Source: Candidatus Ancaeobacter aquaticus
GTDB taxonomy: Bacteria; Auribacterota; Ancaeobacteria; Ancaeobacterales; Ancaeobacteraceae
Length of the DNA: 47,346 nt
NCBI GenBank assembly: GCA_030765405.1
Contig: JAVCCP010000018.1
Coordinates: 1 to 47,346, forward strand
Reading direction: 5' to 3'
The notes beneath the pieces were generated by a model. The model was not told where the DNA came from. It searched no databases and saw nothing but the letters and a program-made list of their open reading frames with translations. Within the stretch, counting starts at the first letter, position 1. Each line of letters opens with the position of its first letter. This document shows positions 35,610-45,190 of this stretch, piece by piece. The position numbers and the translations under genes are program-made.

Positions 35610-37085
35610 ATGGAATTATTGCTCGCGGGTTTTAATGTTGATGTAGAAACATTAAAATCACTTAATAACGGTACGCTCGATCATAGCAGAATGACACCGG
35701 AAACATTGTCTGCTGCGTATGCTCGTATCAGCAGAAGCCCAAAACCGGTTAACGAGCTACGTGCATTATCACGCTCAGAGGTTGAAAAATCGCGCAAATC
35801 AAATAAAAACATCATTTTTAAGATGGGACATCATTCTGTTGCGGAACACGCGGTATTTAATTTTGATATTATAGGTGTTTCGCGTTTTGCGATTGAAGAG
35901 GTTGAAAAATTCAGACTATGTTCATATACAGAGAAATCACAACGATATATTACGTTAGATGGAGCGTATACTGTTCCGGAAGAAATCAAAGGCTCGCCCC
36001 ATGAAGCCCTATATGTTGAGTGCACAAAAGAACTCAATAATTTTTATCAGATACTTTACGAGAAACTTAAGGATCATGTATTTAAAAAGTATGCAGAATT
36101 AGCTGAAGACAAAAAAAACCATTCTTTACTTGAGGGATGGGCGAAGGAAGACGCACGCTATATTACACCGCTTGCAAACACGGGACAGTTAGGGCAGACA
36201 ATTAATGCACGTAATCTTGAGCTTCTCTTAAGACGTTTTTCCTCGCATCCACTAAAGGAAGTGCAGATGCTCGGAAAATACTACTATGATTTAGTGGAAA
36301 AAATTGCGCCTTCAATTATTCTATTTCATGAAGCAAATGAATATGACCAGAAAACGTATAGTGAAGTGTCCTCGTATGTGAAGCCATTTTTACAAGGCAA
36401 TACAGATAGTAACCCCTCAGAGAATCTTGTCACTCTTTGCGAGTATCCGCATAATGCTGATAACATAACAGTAGCTGCACTTATGCATACAAGTGCACAA
36501 ATCAGTTTTTCTCGTTGCATGGATATTGCCCAGAAGATGAGTGATCAAGAAAAAGAGGGTGTTGTTAAGACATCCTGTAAGCACATGGCATTTTATGACA
36601 CAGTTTTAAGAGAATATGAACACTCGAATTATGTGTATGACCTTATTGTTTCCGCTGCGTGTTTTGGGCAGCTTAAACGTCATCGTATGGCAACGCTGAC
36701 AACTCAGCCTTACGACCCTTCACTGGGTGTAACGATACCCCCATCAATTAAAGAAATCGGGATGGAATCTTCTTTTCTGGATATGGTCCATAAAAGCGCA
36801 GAGGTATACGATAAAATAGCAAAAGATATTCCTCACGCGGCGCCATATGTTCTAACAAATGCCCACAGAAGAAGAGTATTGTTTACCGCTAATGCGAGAG
36901 AACTCTATCATGTCGCGCGATTACGTGATGACCAGCATGCACAATGGGATATACGAGAAGTTGCTTCAGTAATGACTGAAGAAGTGAGAAAAGTGGCGCC
37001 ACTAACCATGCTTCTGTCGTGCGGTAAGGATAAATATACTGAGCGGTACCAAGAAGTGTATGGTAAAGAGCCGCGCAGTATCTAA
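35610..37085 (+). CDS. thyX: Flavin-dependent thymidylate synthase, tandem two-domain type
   Basis: Domain 1: GHHSVAEH, EKSQRY, EDARY, NARNL. Domain 2: QLKRHR, NARELYH, HAQWDIR. Confidence 0.88.
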   Translation: MELLLAGFNVDVETLKSLNNGTLDHSRMTPETLSAAYARISRSPKPVNELRALSRSEVEKSRKSNKNIIFKMGHHSVAEHAVFNFDIIGVSRFAIEEVEKFRLCSYTEKSQRYITLDGAYTVPEEIKGSPHEALYVECTKELNNFYQILYEKLKDHVFKKYAELAEDKKNHSLLEGWAKEDARYITPLANTGQLGQTINARNLELLLRRFSSHPLKEVQMLGKYYYDLVEKIAPSIILFHEANEYDQKTYSEVSSYVKPFLQGNTDSNPSENLVTLCEYPHNADNITVAALMHTSAQISFSRCMDIAQKMSDQEKEGVVKTSCKHMAFYDTVLREYEHSNYVYDLIVSAACFGQLKRHRMATLTTQPYDPSLGVTIPPSIKEIGMESSFLDMVHKSAEVYDKIAKDIPHAAPYVLTNAHRRRVLFTANARELYHVARLRDDQHAQWDIREVASVMTEEVRKVAPLTMLLSCGKDKYTERYQEVYGKEPRSI

Positions 37086-37101
37086 AAAATAAAGATTACA
37101 A

Positions 37102-37476
37102 TTGAGAACCACTTTCAGGATACAATGCTTTCAGTCATCATACGCGGATATGCGCATGCTTCTTGATACAATATACGCGAAAATGGGGCCATTAAAGTAT
37201 CCGCTTGCATATCTGCCCCAATGGTATACAAAGATATTTTTAAAAATTGACCTGTCAAAGCAATCACCTGCTAGGAGCATTGCTGAAAAAGATATACCAA
37301 TTTTTATTATTCATAGCGAGAAAGACAGTCAGATCCCTGCTTTACATGCAGAGAAACTCTTGCGCACACAACCGCGTGCACAATCATGGGTTATTGAAGC
37401 GGGGGAGCATGGGCAGCTTTCACAGAGCTCGGAATATCAGCGGCGTATAGTGCAATTTTTTGAGAAGAATCTTTGA
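37102..37476 (+). pseudogene. C-terminal fragment of an alpha/beta hydrolase
   Basis: SSYAD, PIFIIHSEKDSQIP and GEHG (acid and His of the triad) are present. The N-terminus with GxSxG is missing and there is an in-frame stop just upstream (37090-37092). Confidence 0.65.
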
Positions 37477-37549
37477 TAAACACTATTTTTTAATAAAATG
37501 TTTTACAAGAGAAAAATAGTGGTGGTAGTATAAGGAAAATGGAGTGAGT

Positions 37550-38200
37550 ATGCAAAAAGACTATTATAAAATTCTTGGGGTATCAGAAAACACATCTGAT
37601 GCTGAAATAAAAAAGATATATCGGAAGCTTGCGGTAAAATATCATCCCGATAAAAATCCCAACAAGGGAAAAGAAGCCGAAGAGAAATTTAAAGAAATAT
37701 CTGAGGCTTATTACGTGTTGAGTGATAAGAAGCGCCGTCAGGAATATGATACAATGCGTAAATATGGCGGCGGTTATTCAGGTAATTTTGCCGGGGCACA
37801 GGGTTTTGATTTTGAAGATTTACTGCACCAGTATTCCGGCGGAAAAAAGTCTAGTAGACGCGCAAATAGCCAATACTCAATGTTTGGTGATATCTTTGGT
37901 GATATCTTTGGCGGCGGCGGGTATCAACAAGCGTCTCCCGGACAAGGTGCGGGGTGTCAATATGAAACAACAGCACCAAAGACAACCAATACTGATATAA
38001 AAGTTAAAATAAAACTCGATAGTAAAAGAGCTGAAGAAGGCGGCAAGATAAAAATAAAGATACCCGGTGGCAAGGCCTTTACCGTAAAGATTCCCAAGGG
38101 ATGTAAAGACGGCCAGAAACTGCGTTTATCCAGAGAAGGTAAAGAGTGTCCCTACTGTAATCATCATGGAGATATTATTTTAATAATACAAAAAGTATAA
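37550..38200 (+). CDS. J-domain (DnaJ/CbpA-like) protein, short C-terminal domain
   Basis: [14 protein letters not shown] (HPD), [10 protein letters not shown]-rich linker, [15 protein letters not shown]. Confidence 0.9.
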   Translation: MQKDYYKILGVSENTSDAEIKKIYRKLAVKYHPDKNPNKGKEAEEKFKEISEAYYVLSDKKRRQEYDTMRKYGGGYSGNFAGAQGFDFEDLLHQYSGGKKSSRRANSQYSMFGDIFGDIFGGGGYQQASPGQGAGCQYETTAPKTTNTDIKVKIKLDSKRAEEGGKIKIKIPGGKAFTVKIPKGCKDGQKLRLSREGKECPYCNHHGDIILIIQKV

Positions 38201-38237
38201 CGGCTATATTGTTTGTAACGGGCCGAAGGAGAAGTAA

Positions 38238-39326
38238 ATGAAAATTAAAAACATATTTGCGTGTTGTGTTATATATGGTTTTGTATGTTGTGTAGTGCCG
38301 CAAAGCTATTGCGAAGAAGAGATATCAAATAAAAATGTACCGAAGGTACAAAATGAGAATGTCATAGATGTTGGTGGGGCTATATGGTCTGAACAAGATG
38401 CCGAAGATGCTGAAAAATCTCTGCCCTCTTTTGAAGAAGAGATTATATATTCCAAGGATGTGTTGCCGGTCCCAACTAAAGAGGAACTTTCAAAAAGTGC
38501 CGGAGAAGAAATAAAAGAGATAGAAAAAGAAGATGACTCAAAAGCTGCGCGCCAAGACGCTGAAGATAAAATAGCTCCTGAGACATTCGCGGCAAGCGAA
38601 CCCAAAGAAATTGATCCTTTAAAAGAAGTTGTGCAGGAGAAAAAGGAAGAGTTAAGCCCACAGATTGAAGAAGTAAAGCAGGCAATTCCTCAATCAATAC
38701 CAGAGCCTATTCTTGAAGAGAAGCCAAAAGAAGAGAAAGAAGTAGCGCCAGTTGTTCAAGTCGAAGAGATTGAAAAACCGCAAGCACCGGAAGTTATCGT
38801 TAGCGAAGATGTGAAATTTGAAAATATTCAAGAAGACACAATTGCAAAACCTATTGTGAAAAAGAAGCCAAAAGAAGATGTTGTGCAAGAAACAGAAAAG
38901 GTAATTGAGAAGAAGGAAAAAAAGATTCCGACAAAAAAAGAGACTCCTAAAAAAATCGCAAAAAAGGCAAAGCCTTTTAAGAACAAGCTGCCTGATATTG
39001 CCATTGCTGATGTTAGTGCCCGTCATTTAGGAGAAGGAGCTCATTATGAGGTTGTTGTTACCCTGAAAAATGAGGGGGCTGTGCCAGCGCCTGCTAAAAA
39101 ATACGGCGAACAGATAAAAATGATAATCAAGATCGAAGGAAAACCTCAGACGAGACAATTACGGCTCCAGAAAAGGATACCGCCTCATAAGGAAATTAAG
39201 ATATCGATCGGAAAGTATTTAAAGCATACCATTGATAAGAAAAAGATATTTATTCAGGTTCAGATAGAAGGCAATGAGATTAAACGAGCAAATAATATCT
39301 GGAACAAACGTGCAGTAAAAAAGTAA
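38238..39326 (+). CDS. Exported protein with long E/K/P-rich low-complexity region and C-terminal CARDB-like Ig domain
   Basis: Signal peptide; C-terminal LPDIAIADV, VTLKNEG and E...ANN pattern. Confidence 0.62.
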   Translation: MKIKNIFACCVIYGFVCCVVPQSYCEEEISNKNVPKVQNENVIDVGGAIWSEQDAEDAEKSLPSFEEEIIYSKDVLPVPTKEELSKSAGEEIKEIEKEDDSKAARQDAEDKIAPETFAASEPKEIDPLKEVVQEKKEELSPQIEEVKQAIPQSIPEPILEEKPKEEKEVAPVVQVEEIEKPQAPEVIVSEDVKFENIQEDTIAKPIVKKKPKEDVVQETEKVIEKKEKKIPTKKETPKKIAKKAKPFKNKLPDIAIADVSARHLGEGAHYEVVVTLKNEGAVPAPAKKYGEQIKMIIKIEGKPQTRQLRLQKRIPPHKEIKISIGKYLKHTIDKKKIFIQVQIEGNEIKRANNIWNKRAVKK

Positions 39327-39332
39327 AAAAAA

Positions 39333-39364
39333 CACCGCCCCGATTTATCGGGGCGGTGAGAATT
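39333..39364. repeat. Palindrome, CACCG...CGGTG family (copy 3); may act as terminator between convergent genes
   Basis: CACCGCCCCGAT-TT-ATCGGGGCGGTG followed by AGAATT; an A-run precedes it. Confidence 0.75.
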
Positions 39365-39367
39365 CTC

Positions 39368-39886
39368 CTACTTCACTTCATACTCAACAAGCTCTATTGT
39401 TGAGTTCATCATATCGTTTTTTGTAACTGCTTTAACTGTTCCTGAAGGCACTTTGTCGCATGTCCATGTGGTAGTGATAGTCTCTTTACCACCAAAATTG
39501 AGTATTGTTTCACTTACGGTACAATCATAGCTTTTGCCAGCGACAGTAATTGTTTCTTTGCCGACTTCTTTGATTTTAACGTCCATACCCATCTTTGAAT
39601 AATCGCTTGTTGCAGGTACTTTCATTTTGTTTTCTGTTTTTGTACTGCCCATCTGTGTTTTGATTGATAGGGTTGCACCGTTTTCGTCTTTATCAAGCAA
39701 GGTTGTGGTCGTCGTGTTTTCAGTATTAAACGCTTGTCCTGCAACTTTTGTTTGAGTGGTGTTCTTATGTTTTGCCCAGCTGCCTTTTGTTGCCTTCATC
39801 CACGGATTTTCTTTTACTTCTGCGTGTCCGCATGTCGCAAGAAAAACAAAAAGCGCAGTAGAAACAATAAACATTGTGATTTTCAT
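39368..39886 (-). CDS. Secreted hypothetical beta-rich protein
   Basis: Signal peptide, ENPWMKATKGSW, ETITVAGKSYDC, TWTCDKVPSG; GGAGGGGAG RBS. Confidence 0.7.
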   Translation of the reverse strand: MKITMFIVSTALFVFLATCGHAEVKENPWMKATKGSWAKHKNTTQTKVAGQAFNTENTTTTTLLDKDENGATLSIKTQMGSTKTENKMKVPATSDYSKMGMDVKIKEVGKETITVAGKSYDCTVSETILNFGGKETITTTWTCDKVPSGTVKAVTKNDMMNSTIELVEYEVK

Positions 39887-40130
39887 ATCTCCCCTCCTTT
39901 TATAGGTATATGATGGTTAGAACCGCATATAATATCATACGACAAAGGCATTATAAAGAATAATAATATGTAGTGAATAAATAAGGGGAATTCTTATTAT
40001 TATAGTAGTATATTTTGTTCTTGATGTATTTATGGAGGGAGATTACTATATAGCAGATTCACTACATGTTAGCAGGAAGACATATTCAATTAAACGAGCA
40101 ATACTATTATTTATAAGCGAGTAAAGAAAT

Positions 40131-41768
40131 ATGGTTCAGGGACTTATTTTTGGCATATTTGGTGGTTTAGGACTCTTTATCTATGGTATATGGGTAATGA
40201 GCGAGGGACTGCAAAAAATATGTGGTGAAAAAATGAGAAAAATTCTTTCGGGACTTACCAATAACCCTTTTAAGGGGGCTATGGTAAGTGCCGGAGTTAC
40301 CAGCCTCACTCAATCATCTTCTGCAACAACAGTCATGACGATCGGTTTCGTGAACGCAAACCTCATGACACTCAAACAAGCCCTAGGCATTGTTTTTGGC
40401 GCAAATATTGGTACAACAATTACCGCCCAACTCATTGCTTTTAAGCTGACAGATTTTGCCTTGCCGGTTATTGGTATCGGCATGCTCATGCTTCTTTTTG
40501 CTAAAAAGAAAAGAACAAAGAATATCGCAAATTTTGTCTTGGGTTTTGGAATATTGTTTTTAGGTCTAAAAATTATGACTGGGGCAGTAAAACCTTTAGG
40601 TGACTCTGCATTGTTTAATGACATTTTTGTCAGCTTTAGCCGTTACCCAGTTCTTGCGATTCTTGCTGCAGCAGTTGTAACCGCTATTACTCAGAGCAGT
40701 TCTGTTACAACGGGTATGGTTCTAGGGCTTGCCATGGCAAATCTGATCGATTTGCATGCTGCCATACCGCTTATTTTGGGATGTAATATCGGCACATGTG
40801 TAACAGCCCTTATTGCGTCAATAGGGGCGAATGTTACCGCAAAAAGGGTTGCCATCGCGCACATATTCTTTAATGTGTTAGGTGTGATCATATTCTTTCC
40901 GTTTATATCACTTTTGCAAACATTTGCTGTTGCAAGTTCTGATTATTTGCCGCGCCAAATCGCTAATGTCCACACCTTATTTAATGTCGTTACAACGCTT
41001 ATTTTTCTCCCCTTTGTCGGTCAATATGCGACGGCTCTTATGAAGGTATTTAAGGGTAAAGAAGAAGAAGAGTTTGATTATATGCCGAAATATTTAGAGC
41101 CGCACCTTTTAAGTACTCCACCCATTGCAATTGACGCGGTAAAGAAGGAGACTGTCAGAACACTTGAACTTACCAAAAAAATGATTAATCTTGCAATGGA
41201 AAGCTTTTATAAAAATAATCCTAAATCTTTGGATAAGATAACTCGCGGGGAAGAAGCAGTTGACTCAATGCGGGAAGCAGTTACAAATTATCTTGTAGAT
41301 CTTATGGGGGAAGAGCTCACCAGAGCGCAATCTCAAAAGATTCCTGTTTTATTACATGTAATTAATGACGTTGAAAGAATTGGTGATCACGCTGAGAATT
41401 TAAGAGATTTAGCGGAGCAAAAGATTGATAGTGGTCTCAAGCTGTCTGATAAAGCGTTCGAGGAATGCAAGAAGATACATGAAGAAGTAGATCTAATGAT
41501 CGATTCCACGATCGAGTCTTTAAAAGCAAACAATATTCATGAGGCTCGAGTAGTGTTAAAGCTTGAAGAGCGTATAAACAGTATGCGTGAAATGTTTAAG
41601 GATAATCATATACATCGCCTTGAAGATGGTAAATGTGATGCCCTTTCAGGCGTGGTATTTTTAGATTTAATAAGTAATTTTGAAAAAATTGCTGATCACC
41701 TCGATAATGTTGCTCAAAAAGTTATAGATGGGTTGCAGTGGGAACAAAGACAAAAAAGCATTGCATAA
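40131..41768 (+). CDS. Na/Pi cotransporter family protein with fused C-terminal PhoU-like domain
   Basis: QSSSATT/GANIGTT and QSSSVTT/GCNIGT repeats; ERIGDH and EKIADH PhoU-like motifs. Confidence 0.92.
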   Translation: MVQGLIFGIFGGLGLFIYGIWVMSEGLQKICGEKMRKILSGLTNNPFKGAMVSAGVTSLTQSSSATTVMTIGFVNANLMTLKQALGIVFGANIGTTITAQLIAFKLTDFALPVIGIGMLMLLFAKKKRTKNIANFVLGFGILFLGLKIMTGAVKPLGDSALFNDIFVSFSRYPVLAILAAAVVTAITQSSSVTTGMVLGLAMANLIDLHAAIPLILGCNIGTCVTALIASIGANVTAKRVAIAHIFFNVLGVIIFFPFISLLQTFAVASSDYLPRQIANVHTLFNVVTTLIFLPFVGQYATALMKVFKGKEEEEFDYMPKYLEPHLLSTPPIAIDAVKKETVRTLELTKKMINLAMESFYKNNPKSLDKITRGEEAVDSMREAVTNYLVDLMGEELTRAQSQKIPVLLHVINDVERIGDHAENLRDLAEQKIDSGLKLSDKAFEECKKIHEEVDLMIDSTIESLKANNIHEARVVLKLEERINSMREMFKDNHIHRLEDGKCDALSGVVFLDLISNFEKIADHLDNVAQKVIDGLQWEQRQKSIA

Positions 41769-41829
41769 GAAAGTCTATACATACCTATTATTTACAGATT
41801 TGTATGAAACGCTTGCCTGAGGAAAGATA

Positions 41830-42510
41830 ATGTCCCAAGCCAATATTCTTATCATTGAAGATGAAAAAGATATCTGTGAGATGATTGATTATAATCTTAC
41901 CAAGGAAGGGTATCGTGTTTTTTCTGCGGGAAATAGCGCTAAAGCGTTTCGCTTACTTGAAAAGGAACGAATAGATCTCATTATTTTAGATATTATGCTC
42001 CCCGATAAGGACGGTTTTGAAATCTGTAAGCTGTTAAAAGTTGATAAAAAGACAAGCCGCGTGCCTATAATTATGTTAAGTGCAAAGTCTCAGGAAACAG
42101 ATAAGGTACTTGGACTAGAACTTGGTGCTGATGATTATGTTACAAAACCGTTTAGTGTCCGTGAGTTGAGCGCCCGTATAAAAGCTGTTTTAAGAAGACA
42201 TGCGGTCTCTGATAGCAAAGGTGCTTCAAATGAAAACGCAATATGTTTAGACCCGGAAAAACAAAAGGTAACTGTGCATAGAAAAGAAATTAAACTTACG
42301 CGTACAGAATTCAAGCTTTTAGAATATTTTATGCAGAAACCGGGGATGGTCCTATCAAGGGAAAAAATTCTCGATCGGGTATTCGGTTATGACTCTCCGG
42401 TATATGACCGAACCGTAGATGTACATATAAAATCACTGCGTAAAAAGCTGGGCAACGCAAAAAGCTACATAGAGACTGTACGTGGATCGGGATATCGCTT
42501 TAAGGAGTAA
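41830..42510 (+). CDS. phoB: PhoB/PhoP-like OmpR-family response regulator
   Basis: IEDE, LDIMLP, LGADDYVTKPFS, RTVDVHI, ETVRGSGY; phosphate gene context. Confidence 0.82.
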   Translation: MSQANILIIEDEKDICEMIDYNLTKEGYRVFSAGNSAKAFRLLEKERIDLIILDIMLPDKDGFEICKLLKVDKKTSRVPIIMLSAKSQETDKVLGLELGADDYVTKPFSVRELSARIKAVLRRHAVSDSKGASNENAICLDPEKQKVTVHRKEIKLTRTEFKLLEYFMQKPGMVLSREKILDRVFGYDSPVYDRTVDVHIKSLRKKLGNAKSYIETVRGSGYRFKE

Positions 42511-42524
42511 GAAGGAATAAGCTC

Positions 42525-43946
42525 ATGAAAGATAAAATAATCTGGAAATTATTAAGTGCGTTTGCATGTGTATCACTTATATCAATATTTGTGATGAACT
42601 TTTTTGTTGGGTTGAGGCTTCAGGATTATTATGAGGATAAAATCATTGAAGAGCTTAAAAGTAACTCGTTTCTTGTTGGCGATATAATACAGAAGTGTAT
42701 TGAGCGTAAAGACAGCAGTGATGTGCAAACAGAAGTAAAAAGACTAGCAGTGCGGTTGCATTACAGAGTGACTGTGCTTGATAATAATGGGGCGGTTTTG
42801 GGGGATTCTCGTGTTCGTCCTGGAAATATGGATAACCATAAGGAACGGCCAGAGATTGTCGGAGCGCTTAATAATGGATACGGGGATAGTACGCGGTATA
42901 GTAGTACTGTCGGTATGAGGATGAAATATGTCGCTACGGCAATAAAAAACAAGAATCAGATCGTTGGAATAGTTAGATTAGCGGTTCCGCTTGCAGATAT
43001 CGAAATACAAAAAAAACTCATTTATCGAGTAGTATTGTTCGGTGGCGTTATAGCTCTTATTTGCGCGCTCATTATTGGATATTATGCTTCACGAAGCGTT
43101 ACCAGGCCAATATATGAGATGAAAGAAAAAGCAGAGAATTTTGCAAAAGGAGATTTTACAAAAAAGATCAAAATCACTTCTAAAGATGAGCTTGGTCAAT
43201 TAGCTCAGTCTCTTAATAGCATGGCTGTTGAACTTCAGATTAAGATGGATAATTTAAGAAAAATGGATAAAGTGAGAACAGATTTTGTTGCAAATGTATC
43301 GCACGAACTCAAGACACCGCTTACATCTATACGGGGATTTGTTGAAACGTTAGAAGACGGTGCGCTTGACGATAAAGAAAACGCCAAGCGGTTTCTCTCT
43401 ATTATTAATAAGCATACGATCCGGCTCGATGCTATTGTAAATGATCTTTTGACCCTTACGGAGCTGGAACTTGAAAGAGATAGAATTGAAAGGACACATT
43501 TTGATCTTAAAGAGTTGATTGAAGAAGTGCTTCTCGGTTTTGGTCACGCGTTAAATAAACAGCATATTTCACTTGAAACTAACTATACCGGTTCTGATTT
43601 TACTATTTCAGCTGATAAGGATCGCATTGAGCAGATAATAGTCAATATTATCGATAATGCGGTGAAATACTCTGAACCAGGCGGAATTATAAAGATATCG
43701 TTAGAAAAAGAAAAAGATGCTCTTAAGATAAAGATCACTGATTCTGGCATTGGAATTCCACAGGAAGAGCTCACGCGCGTTTTTGAGCGGTTTTATAGAG
43801 TAGATAAAGCCAGATCAAGCGAACGTGGCGGGACCGGTCTTGGTTTATCCATTGTTAAGCACATTGTATCATTACACAACGGGCAGGTACATATCGATAG
43901 TGAGCCGGGAAAAGGGACTTCCGTTACTGTTATTCTCTCCTGTTAG
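42525..43946 (+). CDS. phoR: PhoR-like sensor histidine kinase
   Basis: Two TM helices, periplasmic NHKERPEI, HAMP, DFVANVSHELKTPLT, FERFYRVDKARS, GGTGLGL. Confidence 0.85.
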   Translation: MKDKIIWKLLSAFACVSLISIFVMNFFVGLRLQDYYEDKIIEELKSNSFLVGDIIQKCIERKDSSDVQTEVKRLAVRLHYRVTVLDNNGAVLGDSRVRPGNMDNHKERPEIVGALNNGYGDSTRYSSTVGMRMKYVATAIKNKNQIVGIVRLAVPLADIEIQKKLIYRVVLFGGVIALICALIIGYYASRSVTRPIYEMKEKAENFAKGDFTKKIKITSKDELGQLAQSLNSMAVELQIKMDNLRKMDKVRTDFVANVSHELKTPLTSIRGFVETLEDGALDDKENAKRFLSIINKHTIRLDAIVNDLLTLTELELERDRIERTHFDLKELIEEVLLGFGHALNKQHISLETNYTGSDFTISADKDRIEQIIVNIIDNAVKYSEPGGIIKISLEKEKDALKIKITDSGIGIPQEELTRVFERFYRVDKARSSERGGTGLGLSIVKHIVSLHNGQVHIDSEPGKGTSVTVILSC

Positions 43947-43956
43947 TTGCAGTGCT

Positions 43957-44013
43957 ATCTTCACGAAATCTTCATATTTCCTTCATACTATCTTCACAAT
44001 TATATTCTATTAT
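43957..44013 (+). promoter_or_regulatory. Four-unit PHO-box-like operator with candidate -10
   Basis: ATCTTCACGAA ATCTTCATATT TCCTTCATACT ATCTTCACAAT: CTTCA at 43959, 43970, 43981 and 43992, an exact 11-bp period. TATTAT at 44008-44013. Confidence 0.75.
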
Positions 44014-44041
44014 ATGCGCATGATTTTAACAGGGAGAGAAT

Positions 44042-45175
44042 GTGTATATAAAGAATGAACATTTGAATACTATTATTAAGAGTTTATGCGTCGTGTTGTT
44101 TTTGTATTTGTTCTTAATAAGTATTGGCATGATGGGCGCGGCGTTTAAGGGCTTTGGAGAAGGATTTGCAGAGCATCTTATCCAAACGACATCAAATCCT
44201 TTTGTTGGTCTTTTTATCGGTGTTCTTGCGACCAGCGTTATTCAAAGCTCGTCAACGACAACATCAATGGTTGTGGGTATGGTTGGTGGCGGGGTTTTAA
44301 CCGTAACGAATGCCGTTCCAATCATTATGGGCGCAAATATTGGCACAACGGTAACCAATACCATTGTATCTTTGGGCCACGTAACTCGTAGGGAAGAGTT
44401 TAAGCGGGCAATAGCCGGGGCGACCGTGCATGATTTCTTTAACATGATCTGTGTAGCGATCATGTTCCCCCTTGAATTAGCGACAGGATTTCTTCAAAAG
44501 ACTGCAACATGGATGAGTACGCTTTTTGCAGGAGTGGGTGGAACGACGTTTAATAGCCCGATAAAAGCCATTACAAAACCGGTTATTAATATGATCAAGC
44601 ATGCTTTAATAGATTTATCCGGAGACCACAAGAAAACGGCCTATGTAATAATGCTTGCTCTTTCATTTGCGCTTCTATTCTTAGCACTATATTTCATCGT
44701 TAAGCTAATGAAATCTCTTGTTGTGAACAAGGTGGAAAATTCACTCGATAAGGTTCTTGGAAAAAGCGGTATTATTGCAATAATTGCGGGAGTTATATTC
44801 ACCATATTGGTGCAAAGCAGCTCGATAACAACTTCTTTATTGATACCCCTTGTCGCGGCTGGTATCATGAATATCGAGACAATATTTCCTCTTACGATGG
44901 GAGCAAATATCGGAACAACGACAACATCTATTCTTGCGGCATTTGCGACAGGAAATGTATCGGCAATTATTATAGCGTTTGTACATTTTCTTTTTAATAT
45001 GATAGGTGTTACGGTTCTCTATCCGATACAGTTGTTTAGGAAAATTCCGATACGATTGGCAAAGTCGCTCGGTGAACTGGCGTACAGGAAAAGAGGATAT
45101 GCAATTTTGTATGTAGTGACATTGTTTTTTATTGTTCCAGGCATACTAATATTTATTACAGAATATTTTAAATAA
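44042..45175 (+). CDS. NptA-type sodium/phosphate symporter (membrane domain only)
   Basis: IQSSSTTTS/GANIGTT, VQSSSITTS/GANIGTT, AIAGATVHDFFN; no C-terminal PhoU domain. Confidence 0.9.
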   Translation: MYIKNEHLNTIIKSLCVVLFLYLFLISIGMMGAAFKGFGEGFAEHLIQTTSNPFVGLFIGVLATSVIQSSSTTTSMVVGMVGGGVLTVTNAVPIIMGANIGTTVTNTIVSLGHVTRREEFKRAIAGATVHDFFNMICVAIMFPLELATGFLQKTATWMSTLFAGVGGTTFNSPIKAITKPVINMIKHALIDLSGDHKKTAYVIMLALSFALLFLALYFIVKLMKSLVVNKVENSLDKVLGKSGIIAIIAGVIFTILVQSSSITTSLLIPLVAAGIMNIETIFPLTMGANIGTTTTSILAAFATGNVSAIIIAFVHFLFNMIGVTVLYPIQLFRKIPIRLAKSLGELAYRKRGYAILYVVTLFFIVPGILIFITEYFK

Positions 45176-45190
45176 AAGGGAGGAAAGATT

